From Ministeria vibrans ATCC 50519 (taxonomy: Eukaryota > Protista > Filasterea): 64,000 nucleotides of DNA. How positions within the stretch are numbered: the first letter of the stretch is position 1; the number at the start of each line of letters is the position of its first letter. A program made the translations under genes and the position numbers. Positions 34,853 through 46,239 of this stretch are shown here, one piece after another. The notes under the pieces are model-generated. The model ran no database searches and had not been told where the DNA came from. It saw nothing but the letters and a program-made list of their open reading frames with translations. The stretch covers positions 1,308 to 65,307 of the forward strand of contig CALSCP010001313.1 of assembly GCA_943704425.1 (NCBI GenBank), written 5' to 3'.

Positions 34853-37339
34853 TCATTGCGGGTCCTGACCGACATTCCACACCAGGTCACCTGCACGCGC
34901 CTGACGGCAAAAAAACTGCCAAAGTTTGGCGTCGTAAGAGCGGACGGTTGCATAGGCGGGTTGGGCACGGGCGTCGTCGGTGAAGCGCTCGGGAGCAACA
35001 AGTAGACGGTAGCGGCCACGCAGCTCGGTGAGGTTCTCCTCGCGTATAGTACGGCCCACCTGGACCAAGACGAATTGAGCGTTGGGGAAGACACGCCCAA
35101 GCGCCCGCGATAGGGCACCAGAGCCGGCAGTCACCCAGACGCGCGCCGGTGGCTGAGAGCGCAGTCGCTCGGGTAGCGCCGCGGATATGGCAGTAGCAAG
35201 GGCAGCGACAAAGACTTCAGCATCAAGGCCAAAGGGCAGAAGAGCGCCCACACAGTCGTGGCGGTGCGCATAGAGCTCACTGGTCGCCTGGACGCGTTTC
35301 AGCGTGCCGCTGCGCCCCCGCGCATCGCTCACACTGTGTACATATCCGCCCGCGTCGACAGAGAGCTGTGTAAGGCGATGCAGAGGCGAGTGCTTCTCGA
35401 CAAACACGGTCGCCCGAAAGCCGTACACTCCACCGGCAACGGCAAGCGCTACCTGTGCAAAACCGTGGGCAGGGCCGGCGTAGATGAGTTCACGTACGGA
35501 CCCAAGGTTCATTGCCGACAATGCCCGCTGCTTGGTTCCGCCTGGCAGCACTCCGTCCTGCACCAACAAAAAGGGCACATCGCCAACGCGGTGCTCCTCC
35601 ACGCGCAGCTCAGGGTTCAGCTCCCCCGGCGTCTTCGGCAGCCCAACGTGTCCTGTCCACGTCTTACCACTGTTCTGCAGTGTCTCACGCTGAGGCTTGG
35701 ACTTGTGGCCAAGCTCCGTCTGACGTTTGCCCGTCTCGACATCGTCAGCATCGTGGTGTCGTTGCCGTTTGCTCGCTACGACGTCGTCTGTGTCGGAAAG
35801 TCGTCGCTTGCGGCTGGTTTGCGCCGCTGTGAAACTCGCCTGTTCAACCACCATGGTGCATGTTCGCATGTCGTAATACTCAGCGACTTGTCGTACAAAG
35901 GCCGCCGCATGCGTATCCAGTGCCTCAATAGCACGCAAACGTGTTGTCCCCACTGTAGCAGCCCCGCCATCCTGCTTGCGCCAGATAGCAGACGTGCGTG
36001 GGCGACCGTTCTTGGTACAGCCGGTGACAATGCGCACGAGGCATGAGCCCGGCAGTCCAGCCATTCCCGCTAGCAGCAGTGTGTCGGGCGCACCTATTTC
36101 GGCGCGCTCGTCCCACTCGAGCACAAGATGCCCACCGTCAACAACCATCTTCCACGCGTGTAGTATCTCCGTCACAAAGAGATGCACAAGCCAGAAGGAA
36201 CTCTCGTCGGCATTCGACCACGACGACCGACCTCCCGGGGCTGCTTCGGGCACATTCAGCAGGGCCACGTCAACATGCTCGTCCAAGCGCGGTACATGAG
36301 CAGACAAGCGCGAGTAAGACACGCGAAAGTTACAAGCATTCGTGCCCAGATCCGCCAACAGGCGCTCGTGTCCCGGTCGCCAGCGGGTGTCGTTGCAGAA
36401 GGCTGTGATTCGGGAGGCTTTCAAAGCCGCGGCAGCCACAAGGACACTGCCGCTGCCCACGTTGCCCACGAGCAAGTGCTCCACATGATCGTGGCCTTGC
36501 CGACAAAGAGGCGCCATAACCGCCTCGTAGAATGACGCTTGCTCCGTCGTCCAGGGCATGTCGTGAGCCCGCAAAATCTCTTGCTTGACGAGTTCGTGGA
36601 GGTGCTCGCCGTTGCCGTGAGTATTGTTGGTCTCGAGACGCGTCAGTGCGGCACACACAGCAGCAGTGAGTTCGGTGCTCGAGGCGCGCCACAGCGTGTT
36701 CGCCGGTGCCGGTCCCCCGCGTGTGGTCTTCGCCACGTCAAAACGAGCAGACTCCTGGTAGCCGTCGAGAAGCATATCGAGTGAGGTTTCCTGCAGCCGC
36801 GGCGGTATGCTGAACAACAAGACGCCAAGAGGCAGAGCTGCTAAGGTAAAGGGCTGGAGCGGTAGACTCTTGGCGGCTGTCGCAGAATCAGTTTGAGCTT
36901 CGAGTGCATTCGCGGCGACCGCGGCGCGTCCCGAGAGCGTCTCAACGTCGAGTCTTTCAGCTTGCGCGACCGGAAACGAAGCGTCGCCCAACAAGAGTGC
37001 CTCTAGAAGCGGCGTGACGTACGCCTGAGTCGCTCCATTGCACAAGGACTTCAGCTGTTGCGCGTCACTCTGGCGCAGCGGGCGATGGTCGGCGACCCCC
37101 AAAGCGGCGACGCCGATGCGTACAATGTCCATCTGAAGCCGTTGGCGGCCGCCTGCGCTCGCACTCACGAGGGGCGGCGCTGTCTTGGCCAGATGTGCCA
37201 GGATCGGCCACAGTTGCTCCATACTCTCACATCGACCAACCGCGTCGCGTTGCTCGGTAAACAGACTGGCCAGTTTCGGTACACTGACCATGTCCTTCAC
37301 GCAGCGATCCAGCTCGCCGATAGCCCTGGCCAGTTGCAT
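34853..37339 (-). CDS. Intronless fusion: degenerate SAM-methyltransferase fold + NLS linker + fold-type II PLP-dependent enzyme
   Basis: MTase-like LLVGNVGSGSVLVAAAAL / DVALLNVP / AWKMVVDGGHLVL / AIWRK; PLP domain QDGVLPGGTKQR (Schiff-base Lys at 35531-35533), YAGPAHGFAQVALA, LLPFGL, WVTAGSG, SYDAKLW, WNVG. Confidence 0.75.
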   Translation of the reverse strand: MQLARAIGELDRCVKDMVSVPKLASLFTEQRDAVGRCESMEQLWPILAHLAKTAPPLVSASAGGRQRLQMDIVRIGVAALGVADHRPLRQSDAQQLKSLCNGATQAYVTPLLEALLLGDASFPVAQAERLDVETLSGRAAVAANALEAQTDSATAAKSLPLQPFTLAALPLGVLLFSIPPRLQETSLDMLLDGYQESARFDVAKTTRGGPAPANTLWRASSTELTAAVCAALTRLETNNTHGNGEHLHELVKQEILRAHDMPWTTEQASFYEAVMAPLCRQGHDHVEHLLVGNVGSGSVLVAAAALKASRITAFCNDTRWRPGHERLLADLGTNACNFRVSYSRLSAHVPRLDEHVDVALLNVPEAAPGGRSSWSNADESSFWLVHLFVTEILHAWKMVVDGGHLVLEWDERAEIGAPDTLLLAGMAGLPGSCLVRIVTGCTKNGRPRTSAIWRKQDGGAATVGTTRLRAIEALDTHAAAFVRQVAEYYDMRTCTMVVEQASFTAAQTSRKRRLSDTDDVVASKRQRHHDADDVETGKRQTELGHKSKPQRETLQNSGKTWTGHVGLPKTPGELNPELRVEEHRVGDVPFLLVQDGVLPGGTKQRALSAMNLGSVRELIYAGPAHGFAQVALAVAGGVYGFRATVFVEKHSPLHRLTQLSVDAGGYVHSVSDARGRSGTLKRVQATSELYAHRHDCVGALLPFGLDAEVFVAALATAISAALPERLRSQPPARVWVTAGSGALSRALGRVFPNAQFVLVQVGRTIREENLTELRGRYRLLVAPERFTDDARAQPAYATVRSYDAKLWQFFCRQARAGDLVWNVGQDPQ

Positions 37340-37441
37340 TTGAGAGAATAGAAGACGAAACAAAAAATTAATAATAATTATATATAAACGTAATCATGAT
37401 CTCAAATTAAAAAAGTAATAAATTCTTTGAACTTTTCTTGT

Positions 37442-38391
37442 ATGGCTGCAGAAGCTGCTCTCAAGTGGCTTGCTGAAGCATCGGGAGATCAAGCGCCGCC
37501 GCCCTTCAAGGCGAACACACAATGCATTGGTGCGCATCGCGAAGGGCCCTTTTCGCTAACCCACTCGATCAACTCTTTCTCTCTCTCACTTTGTAGAGCG
37601 ACTGATGCGCTACGCACGACGCAACGAGAAGAAAGATCAGGAAGCCCGCGATGTCTTGTCCGTCATGCGGTCGCTCACGCACCACTATCAACTTCATGGT
37701 AACACCCAAAACAACAACGAAGTGCGTTTTTTACTTTTACTTTTTGAGTTCAGGCAAACGGTTAGACGGACTCCTGGCGCGAGCTGGCTTTGCGCTAGAC
37801 ACATTAGACGAGTCCACTCGAGAGTCTGTTGGTGAAGTTGCCTCTATGGCGGTGGCGGTGGGTGCGTCGACGAGCGAGACGACCTCCCTGGCATCCGCAA
37901 TAGTGCGTCTCCGCGTCGAACTGGCGCGACTCCAGCGCCACCAGTGTCAGCTGCAGCGCAACCTTGCCTATGTACGGCGAGAGCGATGCCGCGAAGACGA
38001 GCGTTTGCGGCAGTATGAGTGCGTGGCGTCCACTGAGGCGGCGCCTGCTGTGCCTTTTGGCGAGCAGTGCAAACGGTGGAACGGCGAGACGCGATTCTTT
38101 CGAGGCAAACAGCAGCAGTACGAGCGACTGAGCGAGACGCACGAGAGCGAACTGGCAGCGCGCGCTCGTGTACATGGGGTGCCTTTGGACCAATTGCAAC
38201 ACAGTGCTATAGTGGCGCTGAAACGGCAACTGCGTGAGCTGGAGACGGGTGCTGTTGCTGCAGTCCGGACACAACTAGATGCGTATGCGGCGCTGCCTGT
38301 CGATGCGAGTGGGGCACGCGCAGCGGTGGAGAGCGCGCGAGGGCGCTTGCGGGAGCTGGAGGACCGCATTCTGGCACGGATGGACTTGTAA
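37442..38391 (+). CDS. HAUS1: HAUS augmin-like complex subunit 1 (3 exons)
   Basis: KWLAEASGDQAPPPFKAN, TSLASAI, FFRGKQQQY, LQHSAIVAL, LDAYAALPVDASGARAAVESARGRLRELE. Confidence 0.8.
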
Positions 38392-38438
38392 AAAATTTAT
38401 TATACTTTCAAAATGTGTGTACAACAACAGCTTCGGTT

Positions 38439-39803
38439 TCATTGGTGCGTTACAGTTTGTTTGTCAAAGAGGGAGGCGAATGAGGAGGAGGCGGAGGAAC
38501 GAGCGCGAGAGACGACCTCCTTGGCGGGGATGGCGAGGGCACAGGGGTCTTCGTCATCAGGGCTGGAGGGGTTAGAGATGAAAGGATGCTTGTGCACGGC
38601 CGAAAGAGTGAGTCGCGCTGAAGGGGTGGGGACAAGCAGGCCCGCCAGGAGCGCACGCAAGTCAGGCGAGACATGATCGGGAATGGTGTACTGTGCGGCA
38701 ATGAGAGCTTGCAGGCGCTCGGTGAGCTGCCCAGCGCTGAAGGGCGCGTGTCCGCAGGCCATGAAGAAGAGCAGTACGCCCAGCGACCATGCCTCGCTGC
38801 ATTCGCCGTCGTAGGCCTCGCCCATCAGCATCTCCGGCGACGCATACTCTTGTGTGCCGCAGAAAGTATTGAGTTGCTTTTTGGACGACGAGTTTGGGTG
38901 GCAGAAGCCAAAGTCGCAGAGGACAACATTGAGGCGCATTTCGTCAAGCAGAATGTTATCGGGCTTGAGGTCGCGATGGACCACGTTGCGCTCGTGCATC
39001 CACTGAAGCGCACTCACAATATGTTGGGTGTAGTGGCGCGTGCGAGTCTCCGACAGTCGTCCAAGCGACCCGATTAGCGACAGAAGATCGCCACCCGCGT
39101 AGTACGGCAAAATGAGCACAGTCTCGCCCACCGTCTCAATGACGTCGAGCAACGAGATGATGTGAGGGTGCGAGAGCAACCTCAATGCCTCAATCTCGCG
39201 CCGCACCGACGTTTCCTGCTCTTCGTCGTGCATGCGCTTCCACCTTACAATCTTAGCGGCGACCTGAGCGAAGAGAGAAGGAGAGAGCGGTGTAAGTTGT
39301 GAGAGTAAAGAGTGGTGCGTCAGTGAGAAAGAGAGAGAGAGAGTGTGTGTGTGTGTGTATGTGTGCATGTATGTGCAATAGCGTGAGTGCTTAGTGTGTG
39401 TTTGTTTCGTGTGCAAGCGTGTAAGTGTGTGTGTATAGGAAAAAAATATAAAACGTTGCCAAGCCCCTTCCCACACAACGCCATTTGTACGAGTAACGTT
39501 GCAACACACTGTGTATCCAGTGAAACCCGAATGGAGCGATCGCCAATGGTGCGTAAGCGAGAGGGAGGAAAGTGTGAAAGGAAAAAAGCTGAACTTTTAA
39601 TTCTGCCTTCAAGAGCTTACCCTGTCGCCAGTCTCTGAATGGTATCCTAGTTTCACTTGATTACAACCCGTGCCAAGGGTAGTGCGTGTGATGAAGTAAT
39701 TGCCAAACGTCTCGACAAAGTCATCTTCAAAACTTCCTGAATCTGTTGAAATGACACTGGAGAGACGCGTGAGCGTCGACGGCCGTCGAGTGGTGGTGTC
39801 CAT
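38439..39803 (-). CDS. Ser/Thr protein kinase, CAMKL (AMPK/MARK-related) group (2 exons)
   Basis: VAAK, REIEAL..HPHI, HRDLKPDN, DFG, LNTFCGTQEYASPE, WSLGV. Confidence 0.9.
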
Positions 39804-39972
39804 AAAATGAAATACGTCTAAAGCTATGACGTTTAATTGAAAGAAAAAAAAAGAATAAACAAGAAATAAAAATAATTTCGATTGCGTTCGTTCTCGAAAT
39901 TGAAAGTTCAAAGTCCGAAACTGAAAAGCTTAAAGTTACAAGCCACTTCTCACCTTATTTTGTTGCTTTATC

Positions 39973-41975
39973 ATGGATCAGGATGAAGGAAGTGCACCAC
40001 CAGTGACGTGTAGTCACAAAGAAGCTATTCACTCGGCCATTGCTGCCCTCGAGTCGGACGACGAGGTCGACGATGAAGAAGAGCGGACAGACACAACGCC
40101 AGGCGTCGCAGCCACGCCCGTCTTGCCACCGGATGTTGCCGAAATGGCCGCATGGCTTGAAGGTACCACGATTGATCGAAGGGGCGGCGGCGAAAGTGAC
40201 GTGCCGGTCGCGTCTCTGGACGAACTTGTCGCCGCGGCACAACCGCCCTCCGCGAACACGCCCACAACCACCGCACGACAGCGCTCGACCGCTGCCGTTG
40301 TTGAAAATCAGGTTTGCCAGCGGTTGATGCGCCCCTTGCATGGCTCATTCTTCTTCTTGTCATTAGGTGTACGCCATCAAGAGGTTTGTGTTCAACGGCC
40401 AGCCTGTGGGCGTCATCACCCAGAACGAAAATGGGCCGTGTCCGCTCATCGCCGTGTGCAACAGTCTCATTCTACTGGGACGTATGTCGCTTTCACTGGA
40501 CGCCCAGCACGTCACGTACGAGACGCTTGCCTCGATGCTGGGCGAAATCCTCATCCTCGGTGCGACGGGCGATGACCCTAACCACGCGCAGAATATGAAC
40601 GACTGCATCTCGGTGTTCCCCAAGCTGCAAACGGGTCTGGACGTGAACGTTCAGTTTGCAGGGTGCGACAAGTTTGAGTATACCTCAGAACTCATCATCT
40701 TCGATATGCTGTCATTGCACCTGTACCACGGATGGACAGTGGACCCGCAGGAGACGGAGACGCACCGGGTCGTCGCCCCGCACTCGTACAACACGCTCGT
40801 CTCGTGGGCCATTGGGCGGCAGGACGACGATGGTAAGGCACACGCACTGAGTGACGTAAACACACTGGTTCGTGTGTGATTGTGTGTGTGTCTTTGTGGT
40901 GCGTGTGTGTATTTGTGCCCGGTTCGGTTCTTTCTCTTTCGCTCACTTTTGTGCATCTGTCACTTTTTTTTTTCCTTCTCTTTCACTATATCTATCTCTC
41001 TGTGTATCTTCCTTTCTCTCTATGTGCAGACAGTGAAGAGACGCGGGACGCACTGAGAGCACGCGAGTGGCTGAATGAGACGGCGAGTCAGTTGACGGTG
41101 CACGGGCTGTGCGAGCTGCAGCGCAAGGCGGGGACACAGGAGGTGTTTGTGCTGTTTCGCAACAACCACTTTAACACAGTGGTGAAGCGCACAGATACAG
41201 ACGCACTGCTGGTTTTGGCGACAGACCAGGGCCTTGTTGATCAGCCCGTCTGCTGGGAGACTTTGGCGGGCGTCGACGGCGACTCGCAGTTTCTCACTGC
41301 TGACTATGCGCGCGTCAACCCCGACGCCATTCGCACGTCCGCCGCACGCCCCGGTGAGGGCGTACAGGCCAACGCAGAGTAAGAAGACTGACGTTTACCA
41401 GTGAATATGCCACCAACCACTAGTTGTGTAGCTATATGCTGGCACTGGAACTCCAACGCGAAGAGGAGCGACGAATGGCTCAGCCTCGCCAAAGGCAGAA
41501 CAACACGGCGACGCCCGCTCCGACTGCCAATTCTAACCCTAACCCTAGCCCTAACCCTATTTCGAGTCCACATGCGACTGGTCGGGATGAGCCCCAGGGG
41601 GGTGTGGACCGGGGTCATGCACCACCCGTCGTGCCGCGGATGGGTGCAGATGCAGACCATGCTCTTGCAATGCGATTGCAACAGGAGGAGCAGGAACGCT
41701 TTCAGCAGCTGGAGATGCGCCGGCAGGAGCGCCATCGGCAGGAGATGGCTGCGCGCGCGCTAGCGCAGCTACAGGCCGAAGCAGACGCCTCTGCTGGTGG
41801 TGGTGGTGATGGTGGTGGTGGTGGTGGTGATATGACAGGAGCACAGGCGCAGCTGGTGCGATCGGCCATGGGCGACGGCGTTGGAGGGGAAGACGAGGCG
41901 CCACCACCACCATACCACGCTTCGCCATCATCGTCGCAAGCGCCCAAGGACAAGGGTGGCTGTGCAATCCAATAA
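39973..41975 (+). CDS. MINDY-1/2 (FAM63) K48 deubiquitinase with MIU motifs and C-terminal CaaX
   Basis: TQNENGPCPLIA (catalytic Cys), TGLDVNVQF, LYHGWTVDPQ, FRNNHF (catalytic His), TDQG, DGDSQF; DYMLALELQ and DHALAMRLQQEE; ends CAIQ*. Confidence 0.92.
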
Positions 41976-42063
41976 ACACACACACGCACACGCATACCTC
42001 TTACTCCTCTCTTTCTCTCTCTCTCAATATGTGTGTATGTCGGTGTTTTTCATTCGAGTATTG

Positions 42064-42763
42064 TTACATGGTGAGAGCCTTTGGAGCGTGCTCGCCCGGC
42101 GCCACTCCGGTCATCTCGTCGGTCGCTCGCTTCGCATTGAGCTCCTCGTGGAATGCATCGAGCGGTCGACGCATCGCAAAGGCGTCTTCGCCATCACCAT
42201 AGTATTTCTTTTCGGTCTACACTCCACAATGTATATAATTAAGAATCAAAACAATGTTAATGATAAAAAGACGACTGGCACGAAGACCCATCCTTACGTC
42301 CATGATGGTGTACCCGAGGGTGTCACGGTACAAATGCAGGGCGGCACGGTTGCTGACGCGCACGTGCAGCGAGCAGTACTGTGCATTGTACGATTCAACC
42401 ATGGCCAGACAGCTCTGGTCCATGAGCCGCTGGGCCAGGCCAAGGCGACGGTGAGAGCGCGCAACCTGACACAGAAGAAATCGCTTAGTCCGTCAGAGTC
42501 TCTTCGTTTCGAGCTCCTTACCGCCAAACTCGTGATATGTCCATGCGGCAGTCCACCCCCCTCTTCGTCCTCCTCCATTTTCGCCAGTACCTGCGCAACG
42601 AGCAGAGAGAAGGTCAAAAAGACGACAAAAAAAAAAAGCATGCGATATGCATTTCGGGTCGCGTACATAGCCCACAATGCGCCCATCTTCGTTCTCGGCA
42701 ATGAATGATAACTGTGGCCAGCTGAGGGCATGATAGAGGTAATATTTGAAGCCGTAATTCTGC

Positions 42764-42799
<36 letters not shown>

Positions 42800-43038
42800 A
42801 TCAGAAAGGACAAAAATCAACGAAGAATGGTCGAAGAAGCAGACGATCAGAGGAGTGGAGACAACACGTGAAAGATTAGAATGCAAAGAGGGAGGTGGGT
42901 GGGCGTGTGTGCAGGTGTGCGTGAGTGTGTGCGTATGAGTCGATCAATCAACGGAGTATTTACTTCTGGCAGGCACAGCGTGTTGGCGTGCTGCATATTC
43001 AGCAGAGATGTTGGGTCGGCTCTTTTTATAGTCAACAT
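42064..43038 (-). CDS. NAA10: N-alpha-acetyltransferase 10 (NatA catalytic subunit), multi-exon
   Basis: [75 protein letters not shown]. Confidence 0.95.
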
Positions 43039-43310
43039 TGTGTAGACGGTGAAGAGAGAAGAAAGAAAAGTTTGAACTTGAGTCTTCAACTCTTGATTAA
43101 AATTCTCCATCAACAAATTATCATTGATAATAATTACAAAATGCCAATGCAAGTTGATCTGAGTGTCTCTTACTACAATTTACACACTAAAACTTTAGAC
43201 TTAAACAAGTTTTCTTAAAGCAAAAAAGGTCAAATCTATTGGTTTGATAACTCCTTTTGAGTGATGTTCTTTTGTACAAATCAAATACAAGTCAGTCGTT
43301 CGTTAACGAC

Positions 43311-43406
43311 TCACAACAAATCGAAATCGTCGAGCTTGTCGTTGTAGCGCATGACATGCTTGCGCACCTTGGAGTCGTCCGCCCAGGTCACATAGTCCTC
43401 GAAATT
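43311..43406 (-). CDS. IMP3: Terminal exon of U3 snoRNP protein IMP3; upstream exons absent
   Basis: After a CAG acceptor reads NFEDYVTWADDSKVRKHVMRYNDKLDDFDLL*, matching the IMP3 C-terminal pattern EDFVTW..SKIKRHV..YN...DDFDL. Confidence 0.82.
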   Translation of the reverse strand, partial: NFEDYVTWADDSKVRKHVMRYNDKLDDFDLL

Positions 43407-43640
43407 CTGACACAAAAAAAGTAGGATGAGCAATCTTTTTCAGGCTCAAGACATTCATAACAATAATTATATCTATTATTTTGTTTTCCCTTCTCTATCA
43501 CTTTGTTTCTCTCCCCTCATTTCTCTCTCTCTCTCTCTCTCACTTTGTTTCTTTCTCCCTAAACTCTCTCTCTCTCTCTCTCTCTCTATCACTTTGTTTT
43601 TTTCTCCCTCCTTTCTCTCTCTCTCTCTCGCTCTCGTTAG

Positions 43641-44665
<1,025 letters not shown>

Positions 44666-44703
44666 AAACGAAGCTTCTTCCTGCCTCTCTTCTTCCTTTA
44701 CTG

Positions 44704-45786
44704 TTACAGCTTTGATTTCGATCGCGATGTCACAAATTCCAGAATCGCATTGGCAGATTCCTCAGAACTATACCTACAACAAACAAAACAAAAATTAGTG
44801 TGTCACGAATGTATGTGTATCCTGGCGCGAAATGCAAAGGCGCACCGCTTAGCGAGAAGCACACATTCACGCTCATTGACGCGCGTAAGAGTGCCGCGCA
44901 GCTCAGTCTGCAGCAGTGCTTTGGCGTCGAGCAGCGCACCCGCAGCCAGCCCCTCGAGCATTGCAAGACGCGCATTGAATTCGCGCTGAAAAAAAGACAA
45001 ACGCCCCCCGTTGTGTATGTGTCACCAGTAGTGCATTGTCGCTCTGCATGTGAGACTGGGGTACCTGAAAAGAATCAACGGGAAACACTTCGCTGACAAG
45101 ACCACAGGAAAGCGCTTCGGTTGCGCTGAGAGTACGACCACGCAGAAGCACATCGTTGGCCAGCGCACGGCCCATCAGCAGGGGAAAGGTGTAGGAGGAG
45201 CACGCCTCGGGCGACTGCGCCAGCTTCATGAACGGCGTCATAAAAGTCGCCGTTGAGCTCGCATACACGTGGTCCGATAGTCCCAGAAGCGTCACGCCCA
45301 CACCGACGGCCGGCCCATTCACCCCGACGCACACAAGCTTGGTGCAATTGATGAAGGCCAGGGCAAAGCGCCTGAAGCGGCTCACCCCTTCGTCCATCAG
45401 CTGAGCCGGGTCGCCTCCTTTCATCATTAGCTCCATGGATGCCTTCAAGTCGTTGCCCGCCGTGAAGTACTTGCCTTCGCCCGTGATGGCCTGGATGGAA
45501 CGACGATCAAAAAAAAGAGCAGTTCGACGCTGCCTATTGGGAAGTTCCGTCGTACCACAATAGTAATGCCTGCCTCGCTGGATGCGTAATTCAACACATT
45601 CGTAATGTCCTCGTACACTTCCGAGTTGATCGCATTGTACTTCTGCGAGAATAGGATGAGACGGATCATAATTCGCAAAGGGTTGAGTTTGTTATTATTC
45701 ACCTTTGGTCGAGACAGCGTCAATTTTAGAACCGATCCTTTCCTTTCCACCACGACATTCGAACTAAATAGCGGTGGGGGTGACAT
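44704..45786 (-). CDS. ECI2: Peroxisomal enoyl-CoA delta isomerase (crotonase fold) with PTS1
   Basis: RPKKYNAI, FTAGNDL, VNGPAVGVGVT, TPFMKLAQSPEACSSYTFP; last exon ends SKSKL*. Confidence 0.85.
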
Positions 45787-46239
45787 CACACTGGTTCACA
45801 AAGAAAAGTGAAGATCAGATAACAGATTAAAATTGTCCATTTCGAAATTCGAATCAGTATTCAGTAATTTTCATTATATTATTTAGCAGGTACGAACACC
45901 CTCCTTCTTCTTTGTGTCCTTCTCCTTCCCCATTCTTTCGTGACATGTGAAGATGTGGTGTTCCTCTGGCTTCTGCACGCACTCTTGATTGTCAACTGGT
46001 TTTTTTTTGCTCTCTTTTTTGACATGTCACTCCCTTTTCCCTTTTTTTTTGCGAAATCGCTGTCTAAATTCCACGCCCGCACCTGTCAATGTACCATCTG
46101 CATGCCATTATTTAATTTCCATGGCGAACCGCGCGGCGGACGCTCTTATTTGGCGTTTTATCGCTACTGTGTTTTTTTTTGTTTGAACTTGGAACTCACA
46201 AACACAAAAAAAAAACAAAAAACACTCAATAGGACGGAG

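Noticed and set aside
19753-38391. Mitotic gene cluster (APC13, SKA1, HAUS1)
   Set aside because: The genes are interspersed with unrelated ones; three such genes among about 33 is compatible with chance.
41533-41560. Telomere-like (CCCTAA)n
   Set aside because: Only about 4 imperfect units, in frame within MINDY and encoding NPNPSPNP.
45940-46239. Hydrophobic N-terminal extension of NNT in the ORF track
   Set aside because: T-rich UTR/intron sequence opened from a non-ATG start; the presequence begins at ATG 46240.
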